NCBI GenBank assembly: GCA_024626585.2
Contig: JANKJI020000004.1
Location: forward strand, 179,996,639-180,016,904
Reading direction: 5' to 3'
DNA length: 20,266 nt
DNA from: Ginkgo biloba
Lineage: Eukaryota > Plantae > Ginkgophyta
This document shows, in pieces, positions 10,795-19,899 of the stretch. Numbering within the stretch: position 1 is the first letter of the stretch; each line of letters opens with the position of its first letter. The notes beneath the pieces were generated by a model, which was given only the letters and a program-made list of their open reading frames with translations, did not search any database and was not told the DNA's origin. The position numbers and the translations under genes are program-made.

Positions 10795-11450
10795 GTTTCT
10801 CTTGCAGGTGGGGAAAAAGCCTACCTCTAAATTTCGACTAAAGAATATTCTCAAGATCTGTGACCTCGACCATGATGGACATCTTATTGAAGAGGTCTAT
10901 ATATTGTTACATTGTTTCTCCTAGCGACTGATGAAGATGGAACCATTTCTTTATGATCTCCTTGTGATACCCAAAGGGGTAGAACCCTTCGGATCACGGT
11001 CTTGAATTTGTCCCATTGTTGGATAGATGGTAGATCATTGGCAATGAGGTGGTGTACATGTGTTTGCCACCAAGTGAGAGCTTGGTCTCCCATATGGACT
11101 TCTACTACCATGATTTTCTTGTCCTCTGTGAGTTGCTGACATTGAAAATAAGCTTCTCGACTATGCAACCAAGCATCTATTTTCTTAGCATTTAAAGGTG
11201 CATCAAAATGCAGAATACTTATCTTTTGTAAGTGGGTTGTTGCAAAGGGATTACTATAGCGACCCCTTGATGCTATCCCAACATTTGCTAGAGCATGGTC
11301 ATTTTGTTGGCCATAAGATTATGCTGAAATTGCTGATTAGATTGTTGTTGTTTATGGAGCTCTTGTGCTAAAAAATGCAAATGATTTGTCATTTGTAGCT
11401 CAATAGTCACCTCTTCTTCTTCGGGAATTTCCAAAACGCTTCATATGTGC
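10795..11450 (-). pseudogene. Ty3/gypsy gag (Retrotrans_gag domain), degenerate
   Basis: ISILHFDAPLNAKKIDAWLHSREAYF..EDKKI..ALTWW..WDKFKTVIR, then after a frameshift FYPFGYHKEIIKKWFHLHQ..YIDLFNKM..KFRGRL. Confidence 0.88.
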
Positions 11451-11827
11451 NNNNNNNNNNNNNNNNNNNNCAATGTACCACTCATACGTGAACAAACAAT
11501 AACCTTTAAAAATTTCGTCCTTTAGCTAAAAATGACTATAGACAATAAAATGATTCATTTTTATCACTTAGAAATATGTTAAAAATAGAAGAAAATGTGG
11601 TCATATGAGGATCTTTGAGCCTAAAGTCAACTTTCAACATATGAAAGACCTTTTTTATTTAAATTAAGAATGTTCTATTTTAAATAATTTCAAAACCTAA
11701 AGTTAAAACTTTAGGTTAAATAAAAAAAGGAGGACACAATGGCCTGCGCGACGTCAAGAGCTTTACGGCGTGAATCCGAAGGGGCAGATCAAATTGTAAT
11801 GGCCCCTATCATCCTTCATCTAGGTTC

Positions 11828-11897
11828 TTAGCACCAATGTCCTTCGGAGTAGAGATGGAAATTTAGCACTAGCATCTTTTGGAGTAGAGACGAAAGT
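11828..11897. repeat. 35-bp tandem duplication within a probable LTR start (TGTAATGGCCCC at 11795)
   Basis: ttagcaccaatgtccttcggagtagagatggaaat / ttagcactagcatcttttggagtagagacgaaagt. Confidence 0.75.
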
Positions 11898-12097
11898 TGC
11901 CTTGAATCCTCTTCAATGGGGTTTTCTCATGCACTACAATGTCACGGAATGCAACATTCGGGGTGCCTTCCTCATTCTAAAAATGTGTATTTTAACCACA
12001 AGGGGAGTACATTGATGAGAAATTATTCTCGCTAGTATTACAGAGGCATTTTTCTATACCAAAACAGTGGCTACAATATATGTAGACCAAGCAAAGA

Positions 12098-12247
12098 TCC
12101 CTTTGTAGAGAAAGTTTGTAGCAATATTTTTGGATGACATAATGATACATAGTAAAAGCAAGGAAGAGCATGAGACGCATATTTAGATGGTTTTAGATGT
12201 GCTAAGGAGAGAGAAACTATATGCCAAGCTATCTAAATGTGATTTCT
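12098..12247 (+). pseudogene. Ty3/gypsy reverse transcriptase fragment
   Basis: [45 protein letters not shown], with FLDD at 12127-12138. It ends at a gap. Confidence 0.92.
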
Positions 12248-12353
12248 NNNNNNNNNNNNNNNNNNNNNNNNNNNNNNNNNNNNNNNNNNNNNNNNNNNNN
12301 NNNNNNNNNNNNNNNNNNNNNNNNNNNNNNNNNNNNNNNNNNNNNNNTTAACA

Positions 12354-12366
12354 TGGTATCGAGAGC
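12354..12366 (+). promoter_or_regulatory. PBS-like (tRNA-iMet) with a 1-nt insertion
   Basis: TTAACA followed by TGGTATCgAGAGC. Confidence 0.7.
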
Positions 12367-12410
12367 ATATTAGATTTTCAAGAACGTCCGTATGGCAAAG
12401 ATCGTCACTT

Positions 12411-12422
12411 GCTCTGATTCCA
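12411..12422 (-). promoter_or_regulatory. PBS (tRNA-iMet), 11/12 match
   Basis: TGGAATCAGAGC on the minus strand, 2 nt after the LTR end ...TTTTTCACA. Confidence 0.85.
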
Positions 12423-12424
12423 AA

Positions 12425-12717
12425 TGTGAAAAATGAGGACACAAAGAAAATAATAGAGAGAACTGAAAAACATGCATATAAAAAAACTCAAAAAATATGG
12501 AAGGTAGACTACCACTCAAAGAATAACTGCATTATTTATGATGTGCTTGATGATTTATACATAGTACATAGTAGATATTTATACACAAAGTATGCCCTGT
12601 ATGAGTGGCAAGTGTCCTACATGCACAGAAGGGGTATTGGGTACATGAACCTCAAAATGTTAAGTCATTATGACTTAGGTACATTAAGTACATACACTAA
12701 ACATTAATATATTAATA
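12425..12717 (-). mobile_element. Copia-type 5' LTR (~293 bp), related to the LTR at 190-459
   Basis: Minus strand starts tattaatatattaatgtttagtgtatgtac (compare tgttagaataattaatgtttattttttgtac at 190). It shares agtggtag[t/a]cta with that LTR, ends TTTTTCACA before the PBS, and abruptly truncates the Asn-rich ORF. Confidence 0.78.
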
Positions 12718-14135
12718 GTTTCTGTCGTGACCTCCTCTGAAAACCATTATTATTAAAATTGCCACCTTTGTTGAAATTTCTGCTATTGTTGAAATTTCCA
12801 CCTTCAAAATTTTTGTTGTCATTGAAATTTGGGATTTCTAATGTTATTATTGGGATTTTTGCTATTATTATTGAAATTTCTCCCATGTTTGATGAAGGTG
12901 CCACCAGAATTTTTGCCATCAAAGTTACTATTGTTGTTAAAGTTGAAATTACCACCACAATTATTGCCATTGCTTTCATTGTTGTTGAAGTTGTTAATGT
13001 TATTTACAAAAATCCCACTTGTACTCAGAACATTAGTAACGCTGTTATTACTTTGATTAATTCTGCCATTAATTCCACCATTGTAACTATTGTTTGTAGT
13101 TGCATTATTTCTTGGCAAGATTTTGAGTTCATCGGATTATTATTGTTGTTCAATTGGCCAAAGCCTACGAAGGGATTGAATAGCCCTTCGGCTACATTAT
13201 TGGAATTGCCAAATACATTGTTTTGGTGACCATGGTTATTGGTAGGACCACAAAAGGTACCACTTTGGCTATTACAGTTGCTACCTTGACTATGGGTAAA
13301 TTGTTTGTGAGTTTTGAATATGTTGGTGTCGAATCCAAATGCTATGTTTTGAATTTGTCCCTTATTAGCATTTGTAAGTGGATTATTGATGTTAAGTGAG
13401 CTCATTCCGACATTTAATTGCATTTGCAGGCAGTCGTTACTTACAAAGCTCATTGATTGTGCTCTGAAGCTATTGTTGCTATTGCTTTGTTGGCCTTGGT
13501 CTTGGGCACTACTTCCTCCCATTTGCTCACTGGGACGAAAGTTTTCTGGATGTCCTTCCAAAGGTGACTCCTGTTGGGAATCTAGAAACTCAAAGTTTGG
13601 CAAAGTCGCCATATTTTTATGAAATGGGTTCTTACGTACACTATATAGTCTGTGTAATTGTTGAGTTTCAACTAATGAATTATGCCTTAGTTATTCTGAT
13701 TGGTCTAACCTTTGACTATTAGTTTCATCTTCTACAAGTATGCTTGATAATCATTTGGCCTAAATGTGGAAAATATTTTCTTAATTGATGTAGTTTTGAC
13801 TTCAAATATTAGGGGGTCTCTTGCTGCTTTCGCATTATGGTTGAGATTTTGCCATATTCTTCCTTTTTCTATCAATTCTGATGTTATTTCATTTATTTCA
13901 TTATTACTTGTAGCTATTTTGACTAGCTCTGGATGTGGTTCTTCAATAATCACATCTTTTTGGTATAGGTGAGCATTGTTACAACTACTCGATCCCNNNN
14001 NNNNNNNNNNNNNNNNNNNNNNNNNNNNNNNNNNNNNNNNNTCGACATACTTGATTTTGTCCCCTTTATGATTTTTATTCTGCTTCAATTCATTGGCCAT
14101 TTTATTCGGTTGTCTTCTTTTGGTTAAAACTACTC
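12718..14135 (-). pseudogene. Degenerate Asn/Gly/Gln-rich low-complexity ORF, probably the N-terminal part of a gypsy Gag
   Basis: ORF pieces 14100-13732, 13612-13025, 13118-12819 and 12979-12704 join through about 3 frameshifts and a stop into one N-rich reading with repeated (GG)NFNN. It begins ..VLTKRRQ... No capsid motif is visible, so Gag identity is an inference. Confidence 0.55.
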
Positions 14136-14779
14136 CTTCTAATGAATATGCCTTGTTTCCCTCATCTCTTTACTAACCACCGGTTTCATGTCTATTCAAC
14201 ATCTTGTTGGCATCAAGACACCCCGAAGCTATGGGTTGTAACTATTTGCCCCACTNNNNNNNNNNNNNNNNNNNNNNNNNNNNNNNNNNNNNNNNNNNNN
14301 NNNNNNNNNNNNNNNNNNNNNNNNNNNNNNNNNNNNNNNNNNNNNNNNNNNNNNNATGCTAGATTCCTCCAAAGATTCTATGTACTATCATGATTATTAA
14401 TGAAGATTCCATTGTACCCCACAAATTCTTCTGAACTTTTCATGATTTTCTTTTGTACATATAATTAATGCATGCGTTATTAATGAATCACAATTAACTA
14501 CCCGTTAGTTTAAGTGGGTCCCACTCGGTTCCCCATTCTTACCAACACCATTTACATCTCTCAAAGTCCCAAACTTTATAAAGGGTAGTTTATTTATGTG
14601 TCAGGTCCACAAAAGTAGATCTATTACGAGGGGACATCGGCACATAACGTTCGGAGTTTCGATTCTCGAACTTCAACTATGTTTAATTTTATTTTGGCTC
14701 CACGGCTTCGAAAATTTTGATGAGCGCCTTCACTTGATCCTCTTGAAGTACTAGACTCCTAAAAATACAAAGGCCAATA

Positions 14780-14979
14780 CATTACCAAGCGTTGAGCACT
14801 CCAGAATGTTATCAACTCTGTTTGATCCATTTCCGGGTCCGCAACACTTTGGACCTTTGAAACATCAAGCGCATTACTTACATCTCCTGACCTCTGGAAT
14901 CCCAAGATTGAACTCCATTTGATATCATTCTCAGGTCCGCGACACTCAGGTTATTCAAAAGGAAGCATCGGGCGCATCC
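14780..14979. repeat. Two degenerate ~92-98 bp tandem units
   Basis: aactctgtttgatccatttccgggtccgcaacact..catcaagcgcat (14814-) versus aactccatttgatatcattctcaggtccgcgacact..catcgggcgcat (14911-). Confidence 0.7.
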
Positions 14980-15031
14980 ACTCAACCCGTGCGAACTCCC
15001 GAAGCCCGAAAAGGAAGAACAAAATTCTGAC

Positions 15032-16183
15032 TTAGATGTTAGCTCTATGAAAAATTGACAAGATCCTTTTCCAATTCGAAATGGATCAATCCAGTCTACT
15101 CCTATAGTCTTTTAACTCCTCTTGAAGTTTGTTGTTACAAGATTTTTTAATCTTCAAATGGCTCTGCAATGTCCTCACCAATTTTTGGCTCCTCTAATAC
15201 TTCATTTCTTCCTTCTCTTTTCTAGAGCTTTCCTGCATTAGTCTTTTTTCAAAAGATTCCACTACACTCAAGGTATCATATATTTTTAGTTCAAATTCCC
15301 TTTCTGCCTATACTAATTTACTCTCCTTTTCTTGCAGGTAAGCTTCAATCTATTGCACCTACAATGCAATTATACTTAAATTCTAAATTTTGCGCTTTTG
15401 TTCACCATTCTTTTCTTGCTCATTATTCAAGTTGTCTTCTAAAATCACAATTTTATTTGTCAGCACTTGCAATATAGTATCTCTACTTGATATTCCTTTT
15501 TCTAACTGAGTTCGGAGCTCCATTTTGACATTCAATTTCTGCTTAAGAGTTTCAATCTCTAGAATTTTGTCAGTTTCCTGTGGTTGGGCAAATGAACTTT
15601 CCCCTACCTCAAAATTAGGAATCTCAGTCATTTAACATAAAGAATAAAAAAATAGAGACTCACCACCTTCACGTGCTAGCTGTGGGATTCCAACTAGAAC
15701 ATGAGGAGGTGACTTTAAACCATAATCTCTAAGAACATCTTTGGTGTACAATTGGACAATCTCCAATTGTTTCTTCTCGAAAACTTCAATAAATTATACC
15801 CTACATCTTCCATTTTCCAACTTTTGTTCTTTCAATTGCTTAGCTAGTTCTTTGCACTAGCACTGGAAGCTTCTATACTTTTCCTTTAGAATGTTAATAG
15901 ATAATTTAGGAAGAGATAGCCAGTTGAATGGCTTACTGCGTTCTTCCACCTTCTTCTTCTTCTTATTGAAGGATAGTTGTTCTTGCCCTTTTCTCTTCCT
16001 TGTTCATCTTTCGGCTTCCTATGACTCTTCAACCACTCCCAAAAGAGATTTCGTGCCTTCCATAGTTTCAACACCCATTTCAAAAGGTCCTTCTCCTATG
16101 TCATCTAATGCTTGGTTGATAATCAGTTGCCGCATGCCAGGGTATATGATCTCATGCTCCTTCCCTTCTTGCCACAGTAAAAT
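15032..16183 (-). pseudogene. Degenerate coiled-coil ORF with bipartite NLS and a 60-nt intron (15604-15663), probable retroelement accessory ORF
   Basis: One frame is held for ~1150 nt without a frameshift. About 10 internal stops are all TAG/TGA/TAA derivable from CAG/CGA/CAA. The reading includes RKRK-x8-KKKKK and E/K/Q/L-rich helical stretches. The intron is GTGAGT..T-rich..CCTAAT..TAG, and its removal keeps the frame and removes a stop. Confidence 0.7.
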
Positions 16184-16874
16184 ANNNNNNNNNNNNNNNN
16201 NNNNNNNNNNNNNNNNNNNNNNNNNNNNNNNNNNNNNNNNNNNNNNNNNNNNNNNNNNNNNNNNNNNNNNNNNNNNNNNNNNNNTGCAAATATCCTGTTA
16301 ACAATTTTGATTCTTGATTTCTATAATATTAATCAAATTTAATCTTGAAAACATTGTTTTCAAAAACTCCAATCGTTGAGATATTTAGCATGTTTCAAAT
16401 ATGAATTCACTAGGGAAATGTGAAATAATATTTTGGCACATATGTCCTGTTGGGAAGATTTTGAATGAACTGACTGTCTATTTACATATGACTATAGCTT
16501 ATGAAGGTNNNNNNNNNNNCTATTTTTTATTTGGATCAGAAGTCTTTTATATGCAGCCAATAAGCTCCAAATCAAAAGTCTTTTGTGATCAACCAAAGGA
16601 TAGGATATTTAAGGGGAGACTTGCAAACTCTATTGAGTTTTAGATACTTATTCATTGAAGGTGAGACAACAAAGCCCCACTAGAGTGGTTCAAGTAAGAT
16701 GCTTAGGTAGAAGGCCTACCTTCGAGCCATTCCTATCCAAAATGTCAATAATATGAACGTGATGGATCTCTAGAAAGAGATTCATATCTGGATATAGCTA
16801 GATATCCATCTCAATACCTCTGGATATCTATATATCCATAGATATGTATCTATGTATATGCATTAAAAGAGAAC

Positions 16875-16910
16875 TATATATATATATATTTGTGTGTGCG
16901 TGTGTATGTA
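16875..16910. repeat. Compound (TA)7/(TG)n microsatellite
   Basis: tatatatatatatat t tgtgtgtgcgtgtgtatgta. Confidence 0.85.
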
Positions 16911-17781
16911 TAGTACATCTATATCGATATAGGCAAACTAAGTCAATTCATCATCCATGTTTGACTTTAGATTTAGAATTCGGTTTGTTTCTATTATTCA
17001 TTTTTCAAAGTTTTGGAGATTAGTACGTCTTTGAAACAATATTTGGAGAAAATAGAGTTTAGAACAAAGATTTGTTATTTAGTTAACAACAAATTTCTAA
17101 TTGACAATCACTTTCATGCTCAAAATGATGATGTCAAGCATTGGCAATTTACTAGGGTAAAGTAGGAAACATTTGTTTATTTAACTTTAATATTTCCTTT
17201 TCTCTTCCATCCCTTTGAATCACTATGCTTACCTCAATAAATAATTGTATTTTTTTAATGTATTGCAGATTAATGAATCAAAGAGAGAGTTTGAACAACT
17301 ACTTCTTGATCAAAGGTCTAAATTTCTTACTCTTTACTACAATACATACACAAATGCTCGGTCTAATTTTATAAAATTATAAATTGTGATATCATTATAT
17401 TGGAAACATTACAATCTTAGTGCAATAAGTGAATGGAATTATTGAGCATCTCCACTACACTTAGTGCCAATGCGTACTACTAGCCAAGGCAGGACTACCA
17501 ACTAATCATAGTGATACGATAGATGCAAAAATGAAAATTACAGTTTAGCCTCACAATGTAGCAATCTCTAAATACAAAATGTCCCCATGGGAAAGAGAAT
17601 GCAGTACAAGTCATAGCNNNNNNNNNNNNNNNNNNNNNNNNNNNNNNNNNNNNNNNNNNNNNNNNNNNNNNNNNNNNNNNNNNTGTCCCCCCCCCTTACC
17701 TTTAACAACAAAAAAAGAGAGCCCAATCATGTTTTTAGGTGGAGCTCACCTAATAATATTGCAATATCCATTAAGTTTTTT

Positions 17782-18337
17782 TGTAATATCAACCCCTAAT
17801 TTAGTAAGAAAAATGTATTGGTAGTGGAGTTGTTGTTGGCCTTGGTCACAACATAGGCCTATGGTGCACTAAAACACCAAAGAATCCTTATGGTTAAGGG
17901 GGTTATCAATCTAATCACAACTAATTAGGGCACTAATGCAATCTTTAAATAAGTATAAAGAACCTTAAATTAGTCTAAATAAGACTAATACATTCTCAAT
18001 CCACTAATATTAGTTACTTAATGAGATGAGTCACCTTTTATGAAAGGTGGTGTATTTTATAAGAAGCTACTATAGATTCAAGTAGTAGAAAATGTTAAAT
18101 TGTCAATTGAGATTTCTTGTTTGGTGATGATGTCCTCAAAGGAATAGGTGTGTTAGGAAAGTAGGGCTTCCTATTCTTATCGAACTACTGCTCTCATTCA
18201 TTTTTTGTACTTGATATAAATGACTAATCTAAGAGATTTATGAAACTTTTATGGTTTTCTATCAGCTTATTAATATCTATTTATTATATTGCAAGTTATT
18301 ATGCTCATTCTTAATAAACCTACAAAGATTGATTACA
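17782..18337 (+). mobile_element. Candidate gypsy 5' LTR (~556 bp)
   Basis: TGTAATATCAACCCC...ATTACA forms a 6-bp terminal inverted repeat, with a TATA-like TTTATAAG near 18056. It is followed by AT + TGGTAGCAAA (degenerate PBS, 8/12 to iMet, at 18340) and a stop-riddled helical reading to 18696. Confidence 0.55.
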
Positions 18338-18935
18338 ATTGGTAGCAAATTCTCATAGCGATCCTATGATCAAGACATCATACGCCAGTACAAGCCTAGT
18401 CAATGACCTCAAGTAAAATAGACAACACGGATGACAAAGTGATCAAAGTTAAGAATAAATTAGAATGAATAAACATGAGCCTTGACAACTTGGACCAAGG
18501 ATTAGCCCAAAGGATGGCAAATATCATAAACTAGGCACTATTAAACTTCAGTTAGCAAGATGCCACCGTTGTTGCCTAGTGGCGGTATGGTGTTGCATAA
18601 GAGAGATAGGGTGACTTGCATTAGACCACTTTTTTGTACCTCTCAACTACAGGAAATCACTCTTTTGGGGTTACGGATGGAGGGCGACCTCATTTGNNNN
18701 NNNNNNNNNNNNNNNNNNNNNNNNNNNNNNNNNNNNNNNNNNNNNNNNNNNNNNNNNNNNNNNNNNNNNNNNNNNNNNNNNNNNNNNNNNNNNNNNCGGC
18801 ACGCCCTTAGCTCATTTTGCATCTCCTCAAGTATCTCAAAAGAAACTTGAGTCTTTCCCTTAAAATTGTTGAGATCGAACTTTAAAGAAGTACGGGCATC
18901 ATGGCCATACTATTGACAGGTAGAATTGGACCCAA

Positions 18936-19055
18936 AAAACAACAACAAAACAGTGGGAAAACAACAACAAAACAATGGCAAAACAACAACAAAATAGTGG
19001 CAAAACAACAACAAAATAGTGGCAAAATAACAGCAAAACAGTGGGGAAACAACAA
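18936..19055. repeat. 22-bp minisatellite, 5.5 copies
   Basis: Consensus AAAACAACAACAAAA(C/T)AGTGG(C/G), with units starting at 18936, 18958, 18980, 19002, 19024 and 19046 (partial). Confidence 0.95.
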
Positions 19056-19072
19056 GGAGGAATAATGGTTTT

Positions 19073-19148
19073 GTTCGTCGAACGACACTGTTTCGTTCGA
19101 CGAACGACTCAGTACTGTTTGTCGAACGACATTGTTCGTTCAATGAAC
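19073..19148. repeat. Two tandem CpG-rich hairpin units (period 44)
   Basis: GTTCGTCGAACGA-cactgtt-TCGTTCGACGAAC (perfect 13-bp stem, 19073-19105) and a decayed copy, gtttgtcgaacgacattgttcgttcaatgaac (19117-19148). Confidence 0.9.
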
Positions 19149-19899
19149 AACTTAATCATGTTTGCAGTTGTTTGCCAACAATCTTTAAGACTATGATTAG
19201 CAATTAGTCAGCGAATAAATGGGGTGCACCAATGCGTATATCCTCAACAATTTCTCTGATTCTGTAATTCTCCAGATGGTTATGCAATAATGAACTCGGC
19301 CTAATAATATCTATTGGAGGTTAACACTCAAATTGCCTGGTGTAATCTGGGAGTTAACATGAACATAAGCTCAACTTCTGACGAATTGTCTATCACCATG
19401 ATGCAAGCTATTTTGGAGAGTTTGATTGATTAGAAATCTCCATACCATAGGGTTTTAGATTCCATTTCCAGATTGATGAAAGCATGCTTCTATAGGATGG
19501 TTAATTCATCCAAACTTGGTGTAAAGTTATGTCGCAGGTGCCTATCCCTGAGTTGCGCATGGTTGTCATCTGACAAAAGGAAGCGATGCCCGAAAAGTGT
19601 GTGACGAGGTGCATGAACGCGCAAGTTTGTCAAAGTGACAAATGGTTGTGACATGACAAAGGGGCCCAACCAACAGACCACATTAAGCCCAAAGAGATCG
19701 ACGGTGTGGATGGTAGCACAAGGCTGCACATGTTCGACAATTTACAACAGACCTTGAAAATGACATAGGTCTCGGATGAAGTGCAAAGGCGCATAGATTT
19801 GCAAGATTGACAAGAAGTCGTGAGGCAAAATAAATTCGTGACATAATGCTGAGTGCAGAACTTTGGAGAAATGCAAAGGCTTTCAAAAACTACAAAATG

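Noticed and set aside
12759-13229. 156-aa hydrophobic plus-strand ORF (also 12829-13056 and 13386-13622) as a membrane/env protein
   Set aside because: It is the antisense shadow of the AAT/AAC-rich minus-strand ORF; ATT/GTT/TTG codons produce the I/V/L runs.
2966-18850. ORF-track entries containing X runs
   Set aside because: Most are open only because of N-gaps. I kept them only where independent evidence exists (copia gag, 13732-14100).
18936-19055. CRISPR array
   Set aside because: The units are head-to-tail with no unique spacers, there are no cas genes, and the context is eukaryotic. The same applies to the hairpin array at 6525-6608 (4-5 nt linkers).
18882-19143. Cys/Leu/Phe-rich minus-strand ORFs
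   Set aside because: They are translations of the 22-bp minisatellite.
19490-19729. WLGPF in a 79-aa minus ORF as a gypsy integrase GPY/F motif
   Set aside because: The surrounding residues do not fit the integrase tail and there is no DDE core nearby.
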